Source of the DNA: an uncultured Gemmatimonadaceae bacterium
GTDB taxonomy: Bacteria > Gemmatimonadota > Gemmatimonadetes > Gemmatimonadales > Gemmatimonadaceae
DNA: 64,000 nt
Direction: 5' to 3'
Assembly: GCA_963740355.1 (NCBI GenBank)
Contig: CAVUDW010000003.1
Coordinates: 2,496,001 to 2,560,000 of the forward strand
Position numbers and translations under genes: made by a program. Under the pieces are notes generated by a model. The model was given only the letters and a program-made list of their open reading frames with translations. It had not been told where the DNA came from and did no database searches. This document shows, piece by piece, positions 39,364-49,514 of the stretch (its first letter is position 1; each line of letters starts with the position of its first letter).

Positions 39364-40715
39364 TCACTTTAAGTGCTTTGATATCTTCGCTGTCATTTCA
39401 AACATCGTCACTGAGCGCTGACCGAATATTGCGAACAATTTATCGTCGGCCAGGATAATCCTCTTATTCGCGGGATCCTGCAATCCGTGCTTCTTCACGT
39501 ATGTCCAGAGAGCAGACGTGACCTCTGTTCGTGGGCGAGGGTCAGCGCCGATGACTGCCGCCAGCTGCGGAGAGATCTTCATCAGCTTATTGAATGAGCT
39601 CTTCGAACGAGCTTCGCCACGTTCTGACATCGTGCCATTTTCTGAGTCCATTCTGCTCGGTAAAATGTCTCTGCCGGCTTGCACGTTTTGCTCGTTCAAG
39701 GTCGCGACGCTGAGACTGTTACGCGACGGAATCAGTGCGATCGTATTCGAGCTATTTCTCGCGCTATGCGGAATTCGCGCCGACCCCAGTCCGAGCGAAT
39801 CAAGAAGGTCCGCATCCATACTGGCGAAAGTCCACACCCCATCTCGCACTCCTGCGAGAATTAATGCTTGAACAAAATCTCGTATCGATGGATAACGGTC
39901 ACTGGGTTCGCGATTTAAGGCCGTGGAAAATACGTGCGTTAAAGCCGGAGCGTGCTCATTGTCAAAATGCAGCTCTCGTTCGTCGAGTACTTGCTCTGAA
40001 ATGCGGAGCTGTTCAGTTTCGTATCGCGACACCTTTGCACCAGGAACATACCCAGTCAGGCATTCCCATAGTGTGAGCGCGAAGGCGTACTGGTCAACGC
40101 TCGGTGTAAGGGCCGCTGATGGGTCAAATTGCTCGGGAGCGAAATAGTAGTATGTGCCAACCACGTAGCCCACGGTGGTGATCCTCGGATCGATTGCGGC
40201 CCGTGAGATTCCGAAGTCGAGAAGTTTTGCGAACGCGGTCTGCCCGTTAGCAAGAATGATGTTCGCAGGCTTGATGTCACGGTGCACAATCGGGGGGTGC
40301 TATCGTGCGCGACGCTAAGCGCGCTGCCAACCGCGATTGCGAGCTCAAGAAAGGCGTCTGAATCGAGACATCCGTCATCTTCAAGCTTATTTAGTAAGGT
40401 AATTCCGCTTACATACTCGAAGACGATGTAGAATGCACCGTGCTTATGTCCGAGCGACGGCAAGGTTTCTTCCTCGCCATAGTCAAGCATGCGGACTATG
40501 TGGTCAGAACGAAGCCGCCTCGATGCGCTAACCTCCGCATTGAACCTGCTCCGTACCTTTCCCTCGCGATCCAACCGGTCCATGGGAATAACTTTCACGG
40601 CGACATTGGAATTATCAGGGGCCAAAGCGCGCCAAACGGTGCTCGTCCCACCGGAGCCGATCTGATCAATCAACCGGTACGCATTTGCGAGCAGGCACAC
40701 CACTGACTCAACCAT
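39364..40715 (-). CDS. Hanks-type Ser/Thr kinase fused to a C-terminal SWIB/MDM2 domain (one indel in the G6 run at 40292-40297; ~450 aa if restored)
   Basis: IGSGG, VAVK and YIVFEY in ORF 40056-40715; VHRDIKPAN, DFG and APE in ORF 39364-40287; tail ISPQLAAVIG..PRTEVTSALWTYVKKHGLQDPANKR.I.ADDKL..MFEM..ISKHL is a typical SWIB domain. Confidence 0.88.
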
Positions 40716-41325
40716 CAGTCTTCAGTCCTCGTGCCGTCATTAGCACTGTCAATTGTTCTTGTACTCCCGAAAGGCTGATGCCTACCTGCGTCGCTGCAAA
40801 GGCAAGCGTAAGTTCGCAGAGGGCTGATCTAAGCGGAGAAAGCAACCGGGATTTATCTGCAACGTCGGTCTCAAGGCTTGGGTGAAAGATAGCGTTACGC
40901 GCCCCATAAAAGAGCGAACCCAAGAGGGCAAAATGTCGCGATTGGAGGCTTCTGCCGATTGCCACTTGCTCCACAAGCTCGACGACTGACGATTTCAGAC
41001 GCTCTATGTCCGATAGTGACGAAAGATTAAACCAAGCTTCGAAATCCTCACGATGAAAGCTTCTCTCAATAGCGCGCAGGGATGAGATGAATCGTTTCAA
41101 GTGTGGAAGATCAGATAGCGCAAATACCCGAAGCACATTCTCTATCGCCAAAGCAACCTTCTTGCGGCCACTCTCTGTCCATGCGGCTGGCCAAGAACTT
41201 TCGAACGCACGCCAAAGAACGAAAATGTCGTCGAGAATCTCTTCGGGAATATCCTTGGGACCTTCACGCGCCAGGACTCGGCCGACGCGACGGAGAATGA
41301 CTACAGATACTTGAGGCGAAGTCAT
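40708..41325 (-). CDS. Putative HEPN-domain protein
   Basis: Helical 205-aa ORF with FVLWRAFE and a C-terminal RNAIFH (Rx4H); stop overlaps the kinase start (ATGGTTGA). Confidence 0.6.
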   Translation of the reverse strand: MTSPQVSVVILRRVGRVLAREGPKDIPEEILDDIFVLWRAFESSWPAAWTESGRKKVALAIENVLRVFALSDLPHLKRFISSLRAIERSFHREDFEAWFNLSSLSDIERLKSSVVELVEQVAIGRSLQSRHFALLGSLFYGARNAIFHPSLETDVADKSRLLSPLRSALCELTLAFAATQVGISLSGVQEQLTVLMTARGLKTDG

Positions 41326-41576
41326 GAGAAAGTCGGCACAATGGTCTCGAGTAGTTCCAGGGTCATCGAAATGCGCCCCACCCGCTTCACGTAGGCTGGG
41401 TTCGAAAGCGCACTAGAGTTCGGATAGGCTAAGTCCTAAAATGGAACTCGCACAGCCGGGGGAATGCATGTGCGCAGCTTCTTCGTCAAGAAAGAGAGGA
41501 ATCAACACGGTTCCAAAGTCTCCTCATAACGCGGGCGCACAACAACTGGTCCAATGCGCCCTTCCACCAGCCATGG

Positions 41577-42473
41577 CTATCGGCGCCCATTGCCCGCGCT
41601 CCGATACTGACCAAATCTGTTGCGCAGATCTGCCAAACCTCTTTCGTTCGGATGGAGCCTGCCCAGTACGCGGTGGCAGTTCGCGCATACAGTGATCAGG
41701 CTTGCCAGCCGAGAGTACTTCAACTTTCGGGTGTGAAGTGCCTGCACGTGATGTGCCTCGAGGCAGCTCTTGCCATCGGCACCGTAGATTGCTTCGGGCC
41801 GAACTCCACAAATCTGACAGGTGAATTTGTCTCGAATCTTTGCGTCGAGCGCCTGTGCCGCACTGCGCTTGAATGCAGTCGCTTTGACGATCCCCTCCCG
41901 CACGAGCAATGGCTTCGATTCACCGCGCAGACGGAAATGCCAAGAGTCAATGGCCGTGAAACATTGAGCAAGGAATCGGCTGGCGATAAGTATCTGACTT
42001 TGACTTGGCCCTGATTTTGTGTGCGGCCCCAGGTACATGCCGATCGTCTTCGTGCCGTTCTCGAATACCTCAACAATCGGAACGCGAAAGTCAGTGCTAG
42101 ACAAAGCTTTTGCGTACGAAGTGAGTGACCCGTCGAATTTCAGATGCTTGTCCGAGTATCGCTTAGGCTTCGCAATGTGCCTTGCGAGGTGCTTTCCAAG
42201 ATGATCGGTTCGTACTGTACCGAGGCAAAAGAAACCTGCCCAGAAATGGTATCTGCCATCGCCTGGAAGCCTATCGAGTTGGATGGTCACACCGCGAATT
42301 CCCGGAACATTCAAGTCTCCTAGTTGCACACACCAGCCGTCAGTTTCTTCGGCAATTTCGACAACTAATCGCTTTTCGGGAACGAAGCTCTCGCTTCCCT
42401 GCGCTAAGAGTACTTCGCGAATGCCGGTCGCCAATCTTCGAGCGCTCGCACGGAGCTCTGTCTTTTTCTGCAC
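41577..42473 (-). CDS. HNH endonuclease (McrA-like C-terminus) with unknown N-terminal domain
   Basis: RDKFTCQICG..CLEAHH..LITVCANCHR. Confidence 0.85.
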   Translation of the reverse strand: MQKKTELRASARRLATGIREVLLAQGSESFVPEKRLVVEIAEETDGWCVQLGDLNVPGIRGVTIQLDRLPGDGRYHFWAGFFCLGTVRTDHLGKHLARHIAKPKRYSDKHLKFDGSLTSYAKALSSTDFRVPIVEVFENGTKTIGMYLGPHTKSGPSQSQILIASRFLAQCFTAIDSWHFRLRGESKPLLVREGIVKATAFKRSAAQALDAKIRDKFTCQICGVRPEAIYGADGKSCLEAHHVQALHTRKLKYSRLASLITVCANCHRVLGRLHPNERGLADLRNRFGQYRSAGNGRR

Positions 42474-42510
42474 TTGTTGTCCCTACGAGAGGGGGGCCGG
42501 GAACGCAGAT

Positions 42511-43226
42511 CTACTCGCGCCAAGTCTGAGCGGTGAGAGGCAGCTCGTTCAGTTCCGCCCGAGCCTCGCGCCAAGTCGGGTAGTGCTTTTCGATCAGTGC
42601 CAGAAAGCGCTCGCTGTGCGTCGGCTCGACAAGGTGAAGCATCTCGTGCACGACCACGTACTCGAGCAGGTCCTTCGGCTTCTTCACCAGCTCGGTGTTC
42701 AGCCGGATGGTCCCCGCCCGGTGGTTGCAGCCGCCCCACTTGGTCTTCATGCGCTGCAGGAAGTAGCCGGACACCTGCACGCCGAGCTTCGGCTCCCACT
42801 TCCGGATCAACTCCGGCACCTCGGCATGCAGCAGCGCCTTGTGCCACTCGTGCATGACCGCGTCCGCTTCGGCCGTGCTGCTGCCGGGGCGCACGGTCAG
42901 CGTGATGCCGCGGTGTCGCAGCCGCACGGACGGCTTCTCGTCCCCTCGACGACCGAGAGCAGATAGCGCCGTCCCCAGAGGTAATGGCTCTCACGCTCGA
43001 CGAACTGGCGCGGCGTCTCCCGCGCCTGCCCCAGCAGCTTCGCCTGCTGATCCCGGATCCAGCCGAGCTTCGAGATCGCATAGGCCCGCGCCACCTCCGG
43101 GCGCGTTCCCGTCGGCGCGACCAGCGTGACGCGCCCGTTCGGCGGGTGCACCGACAGGTGGACGTGCTTGACGTCCTTGCGCGTCACGGCGATGGCGATG
43201 TCACCGAGCTGGATCGTCTCGGTCAT
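42511..43226 (-). CDS. YgjP-like (DUF45/M48-like) zinc metallopeptidase typical of type I R-M operons (frameshifted ~42945)
   Basis: RKDVKHVHLSVHPP, MKTKWGGCN, IRLNTEL, YVVVHEMLH (HExxH). Confidence 0.88.
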
Positions 43227-46200
43227 CAGTAGCCCGGCTGGTTCTTGATGATCTCGAAGAGGGCCAGCGTGGCCTCGCGGTCGCGGTCAGGAGCGGGAAC
43301 AGCGCGTTCAGCACCTGCGCCTCGCGCGCCTGGTCACCCTTCCAGCCTGCCGGCGCCTGCTCGCGCATCACGCGGTCGATCTCCAGCGCCAGCTGCCGCC
43401 TGTCTCCTCGGCACCGGCTCGGGGCACCCGAAGGTCGTCCGCCGGCAGCGAGCCCAGGTTGTTGTAGATCACCGTCGCCTCGCGCTTGCCGTGCAGCGCC
43501 GCCGGAACGCCTTCGCCGGCTGCTTCGCCGCCAGCCGCTTCACCAGCGCCTCGGCCTTCTGCAGGAACTCCTCGTAGGCCGCCGCGTCCGCCCGGCTCTG
43601 CTTGATGAGGTCGTCGAGCAGCTTCGACATCTGCTCGTAGAACCGGGGGTCGGTGAGCTGGTCGCGGATGATGGTCTTGCGGACGTTGTTGATGATCCCT
43701 TCGGCGATGGCGTTCTTCGAGAGCTTGCCCTTCTCGTTGAGCTTCTGGCGATGGCGTCGTGGATGCCGGTCTCGATGATCAGCTCGGTCAGCGACATGCT
43801 CGCCCAGCTCGCCCAGGTCAGCCGCCGGGTCGGCCTGGACGTAGGTGTTGAGGAGGTGGCGCATGTCCGCCTCGTAGGGCTTGATGTCCAGCTCCTCGCC
43901 CGAGTGCTTCTTGATGGCGGAGCGGATCTCGCTGTAGAACTCGACGTCCTTCTGCAGCGCGGCCGCTTCGGCGTCGGAGTAGCCGGCCTCCGTCGAGGTC
44001 CTGCGCGATGGCGGCGTAAGGCCCGCACGAAGACCGCCACGGCCTTGTAGAACGACACCCGCAGCGCCTCGGTCTCGTTCAGCGCGTTCGGGTTGGCGGC
44101 GTCGCCGCAGAAGTAGTGCAGGAACTGCTCCACCTCGCGCGGCTGGGCCACCGGCTCGCACAGGTAGCGCAGCGCCTCGCGGGCCTCGTCGAGCTTCTTC
44201 TTGCCCTCGTCCAGCCAGTCCTTGAGGTGGACGTTGTTGCTCGGCGTCGCCGCCGCCCCGTCGATGTCCAGCTCGTCGGAGCTGTAGACGGCGATCGCCT
44301 CCTGCACCTCGCCGAACAGCTCCTTGAAGTCGACGATGTGGCCGTAGTCCTTGTCGTCGCCGTCGAGCCGGTTGGTGCGGCAGATGGCCTGGAACAGGTT
44401 GTGGTCGCGCAGCTCGTTGTCGAGGTAGATGTAGGTGCAGCTCGGCGCATCGAAGCCGGTCAGCAGCTTGCTCACCACGATCAGCAGCTTCAGTTGGCCG
44501 GCTCCTCGATGAAGCGGCGCTTGGTCTCGTCCTCGTACTGCTTGGTCGTCTGGCCCGTCGCTTGAGGACGTGCTGGGTGTAGGTGTCGAACTTGTAGCGC
44601 TCGTCGCTGTTGGCGGGCTCGCGCGAGATCGCGTTGTGGTTCGGCTCGTACGACGTGATGATCCCGCAGTACGGGCCGAAGTTCGTGTTCTGGAACAGCC
44701 GGAAGTAGTGGCAGGCGTCGTAGATCGAGGCGGCCACCAGGATCGCCGTGCCCCGGTCGTTGTTCAGGCGCGGCTTGAGGCTGAAGTCCTCGATGATGTC
44801 GGCGATGATGCGCTGCTTGCGCTCGCCGGCGCTCATCAGCTCTTCCATCGTCGCCCAGCGCTTGCGCAGGACCGCCTTCTGGAAGTTGTTCAGGCCCTTG
44901 GTCTTCTGCTCGAACCATGCGTCGATGGCGCCCTGGCGACGTGAGCCGCTGCGGCACGTCGCGCGCCTCGTACTTGAGGTCGAGCATCACCGCCGTCGGC
45001 CACGCGCCTCGTGGAACTTGTAGGTGTGGATGTAGGTGCCGAAGACGTCGCGCGTCATCAGCTTGTCCTTGCGCAGCAGCGGCGTGCCGGTGAAGCCGAT
45101 GAAGATCGCGCCCTCCAGCCAGCGCTTCATCTGCTTGTTCATGTCGCCGCCCTGCGTGCGGTGGCACTCGTCCACGAACACGTAGAAGCGGCCGTTCACG
45201 GCGGGGCCGGTCCCTTCAGGTCGGCCGCGTCGAACTTGTGGATCAGCGCGCACAGGAGGCGCGGCGTCGGCTGCGCCGAGCTTCTCCACGAACTCCGCCC
45301 GCGAGGTGATGCGCGGCGACGGCGACTCGGCGCCGATGACCCCGGCGTTCTTCATCACGCCCTCGATCTGCTTGTCCAGCTCGTCGCGGTCGGTGACGAC
45401 GAGGATGCGCGCGTCGGGGTCGTGCTCCAGCAGCCACTTGGCGATCAGCACCATCAGGATGCTCTTGCCGCTGCCCTGGGTGTGCCAGATGACGCCGCCC
45501 TCGCGCTTCGCGATGCGCTCCTGCGCGGCCTTGACGCCGAAGAACTGGTGCGGCCGCGGCACCTTCTTCTGGCCGGCGTCGAAGATGATGAAGTTGCGGA
45601 TCAGGTCCAGCAGCCGCGCCTTGTTGCACAGCTGCGCCAGCGGCCGGTCGAGCAGCGCACCGGCGGCGGGCGCGGCGCCGTCGCCGGCGCCTCGTCCTTC
45701 CACTCCACGAAGAACTGCTCCGGCGTGCCGGTGGTGCCGTAGCGCAGCCCCTGCGAGTCGCTGCCCGCCAGCACGAGCTGCACGGTGCTGAAGAAGCCCT
45801 TGTTGAAGATCTCTTCCTGGTTGGTGATGAGCTGCCGCACGCCGTCGGCCAGCTCCACCGAGCTGCGCTTCAGCTCGATCACCGCGATGGCGAGGCCGTT
45901 GACGTACAGCACGATGTCCGGCCGGCGCTCGTAGCCGCCCTTCAGCGTCACCTCCTCGGCCAGCGCGAAGTCGTTCTGCTCCGGGTGCTCCCAGTCGATC
46001 AGGTGCACCGTCTCGTGCGCCTGCCCCGCCGCGATCTGCACCGGCACGCCATAGCGCAGGAGCTGGTAGGTGCGCAGGTTGGCCTGGTAGAGCGTGATGC
46101 CGGTCGACGTCGGCGGCGGTCTCCAGCTTCTGCAGGGCGGCGGAGATGTGGGCATCGGAGTAGCCGCGGGCCGTGAGGTTGTCGCGCAGTAACGCCGTCT

Positions 46201-46337
46201 CGATGCGCCGGTTGTTCTGACCGCTTGTTCCATTCGCCGAGGTAGCGGTAGCCGAGGCAGTCGGACCGCTTCGCGTCGGTGAACAGGTCGATGACACGGT
46301 TCTGCGTCTCCCGTTCGGAACGCGGTATCTCGGCCAT
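43226..46337 (-). CDS. hsdR: Type I restriction endonuclease subunit R (multiple frameshifts)
   Basis: [15 protein letters not shown] nuclease motif, [42 protein letters not shown] across frames. Confidence 0.93.
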
Positions 46338-48299
46338 CAGCTTCCCGTCGCCGAGGACCTTCGTCAGTCACGTACTCGCCGGAACGGCCGAACCGGTCGT
46401 GAAGCACCGGAACCCCGCCTCGCTGGCCAGCGCCAGGTCGCGGGCTCCTCGTTCAGCAGCACGGCCACGGGCTGGCTCAGCTCCTCCTGCAGCCCGTTCG
46501 GCCACGCCAGGTCGAACACCGCCTGCTGCTCGCCGGTCTCGGGTCCGCGAAGTCGAAGGACATCGTGCCCCGGGGCAGGCCGGCCTGCGCCACCCAGTCG
46601 TTGAGGTCGAGCAACGCCTGCTCCTCCTCCTCGCTGGTGATGCCACCCGTCGTCGTCGCCGCCAGGGGCAACGCCGCCGCAGGGCCGTCCAGCCAGCGGG
46701 TGTCGCCGTGCAGAAGCTCCTCCATCCGGGCGTTCAGCTCGGCCGCCAGCAGCGCCTTGCGGGCCTCCAGGAAGTCGCGGAAGTTCTCGATCTTCCAGAG
46801 TGTCGGGTCCGTCGGGATCCACTGCGAGGCAAGCGCACCGGGGTGGGCGGCCTCGATCTCGGGGAAGTACTCCTCCGGCAGGCGATCGCTGATCTTGAGG
46901 TTGGTGTCCTTGGTGAGGAAGCAGAAGTTGGCCAGGGCATTCACCTCGGGGCGACGGTACTTCCGCTTGTAGAGCTGCGCCTTGGGGAAGATGTGATGCA
47001 CCTCCAGGCGGCTCATCTTGCCGAGCAGGCTGGCCTTGAGCGGCAGCCCGGTGCCCCAGTCGCGCGACTCACCCATGCGGGTCAGCAGGTAGAGCACCGG
47101 ATAGAAGCGCGCGCCGAGGCTCCAGCCGGTGAAGTGCCCAGGCTCCGCACGCAGGCCGCCGTGCCAGAGGCGCAGCTGCTCCAGCAGTCGTCCAGCCCGC
47201 CCTCGTCGCCTTCGAGGGCGGCGAGGTCCTGGTCGATGAACGACTCGGTGGAGCCGGAGAACCGCCCCCACATGCCCGCCTGCACAAACCAGAACAGCAG
47301 CTTGTCGCGCTCCTTCTCATCCATGGGGCCGAGCTTCCGCCTGCGCTGGTCGAGGTAGCGCACCATCACCGGCACGCCGAAGCGCCCGAAGAACACCTGG
47401 TCGTGATCGAGGCCCAGGCGGCCGCCGATCAGGTTCAGGCAGGTGTCGATGTGCTTGGTGGCGCGCTCGAGCGCGTCCTGCACTTCGGCCGCGCTCTTCT
47501 CGTGCAGGTGCAGGAACTTGGCCTCGCCGGTGAGCACCGTGTTCACCGAGCGCAGCAGCCAGTCGAGGTTGAAGTGGTAGCCCGACCTGCTCCCATTCCT
47601 TGAGCTTGGCCTTCATCGCATCACGGCCCTCGGGCCAGTCGGCGCAGATCTTGGCCAGCGCCAGGTCACCCTTGGACAGCTTGGTGCCGCCGCTGTTGAC
47701 GCGGTTGAAGATGTCCACCACCACGTCGAGCGTCTTGTCGGCGCCGGTGACCTCTTCGATGTGCAGGTCGATCTCGGTGATGCCGAGGATGCGCTGAGAT
47801 CCGGCCAGAGTACTTGATCGCCGTTCGGGCCGACGCTCAGGGTGCGCCGCAAGCTCGCGTCCACGAGACTGCCCAGGCCGGCGCTGCCCATCCTGCATCA
47901 GCTCCGTGACGTCGATCCAGAGCGGATCGTCCTTCATCTTCACCGGCTGGTAGAAGTCGAAGGCTCCTCTCCAGGTGAAAGCGGAGCCCGGTGAAGGCCT
48001 GGGCGTTGCCGTCGAAGAACTTGGGCGGCTTGCCGCGCACCACGCCGTAGAGCGAGGTCATGCGCTGCTGGCCGTCGAGCAGCAGCTTCACCACGCCGGC
48101 CGCCAGCGGGCCGTCACCGCGATGGGTGGCGGTCTTGCGATTCCGTGGCCCAGACCAGCAGGCCGCCGACCGGATGGCGGCGGTAGAGCGAATCGAACAG
48201 CCCGCGCACCTGGTCGCGGTTCCAGACGTAGCCGCGCTGGAACTCGGGCAGCGCCATGTGGCCGCTGTCGATGTGGTCGAGGATGGTGGAGATCTTCAT
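46337..48299 (-). CDS. DUF262 (GmrSD-like) protein with HNH/DUF1524-type C-terminus (multiple frameshifts; 3' end approximate)
   Basis: [26 protein letters not shown] (DUF262); [20 protein letters not shown]. Confidence 0.87.
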
Positions 48300-49514
48300 A
48301 CCAGGCGGGTCCTCCCGGTGAGCAGCTCCTGCATCATGCCCTGCTTGAGGGCGCGGGTCTTGTCGCGGCGGGCTTCGAGGGCGGTGAGTTCGGCGTCCAT
48401 GTCGGAGAGGACCGCGGCGATGGCGGTTTGCTCATCCTTGAGGCCTGGAATCCTGGCAGGGGTCAAGTGCTGCTTGGAGATTCGGTATGCGCCGCGTTCC
48501 GCGGTAGCTCCGAAGCTGATGCAGGCCTTATGCCTGTCGTCAGAAAGCGTAGTAGAGGAATCTCGGATTCGACGGCGGCGGGCTTGGGACGAACACTCTC
48601 CGAACCGGTTGGTCGTAAATGCGGATCGTCCGATCGCAGCATCCGCATCCGACTAGTGCCGTGTTCCAGCCTCGTCGATGATCAAGATCGTCTTCGTGAG
48701 CGACATTCTCTGACTCGCGAATGCAGCCCCGGGGATGTGATCGCCTCGCCGTGGCAACAAGCTGGCCACGTGCAGATATCACCGACTCTGGGTGAGGGAA
48801 CGCGCCTCTTGGCTGCTCTTGCCTCGTGCTGCGCACCCAACGCCTGCTTCATGTCGCCGACACGCTGCCCCAACCGCTTCACCTCCCACTCCCCCTGGAA
48901 GCCGGGGAGGCGGGTCTGGCCGGTGAGGAGCTGCTGCATGGCGGCCTGCTTGAGGTCGCGCTTCTTGGCGATGAGCCGATCCAGCCCGCCCAGCAGCGCA
49001 TCCACATCGCTCAACGCCGCCGCGATGGCGCGTTGTTCGGCGTCGGATTCGGGAACGGGAACGCGAGCGGCTTGACGTGTTTGTTGTTGATCTGCGGAAC
49101 GGCGTGGTATCGGCGAATCCTCCAGAGCTCAATGTGACCAAGGGCGTAGTACAGATACTCGGACTCGAGCCCATCCTTAGGCGTTAGCGCCATAAGGTTC
49201 GGTCCATGAACGACGGGCCGATTCTAGAATCCGACCTTGTTCAAGGCGATGGCGGCGCCCCTCTTCGCGAACAGCACGCTCGTTCCGGGGACGCTCACCC
49301 GACATCGAAGGCTACGGGATGTCGGTGGCGTCGAGATACTTCTCGGCATTACTGACTGTCGACTTTGAAGGACGGAATACCGTCGCCCGAAAATCGGAAC
49401 AGCGATGGGCTCCGCCGCTAGTGATGCGCCCAACTTCGCCGAGCGGCTTAACTTCCCAGTCCTCTGGGATGACCCCAGCCGTCGGTCTGCTTGTAGCCCG
49501 GCCTTCACTTCCAT
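48296..49514 (-). CDS. hsdS: Type I R-M specificity subunit S (multiple frameshifts)
   Basis: Starts MEVKAG..IPEDWE; central LSDVDALL..LIAKKRDLKQAAMQQLLTGQTRLPGF; terminal KQGMMQELLTG.TRLV; two lower-GC TRD segments. Confidence 0.9.

Noticed and set aside
40285..40300. Split two-gene kinase or phase-variable tract
   Set aside because: Adding one base to the G6 run restores TPPIVHRDIK, and the assembly has many similar errors. Phase variation cannot be excluded without reads.
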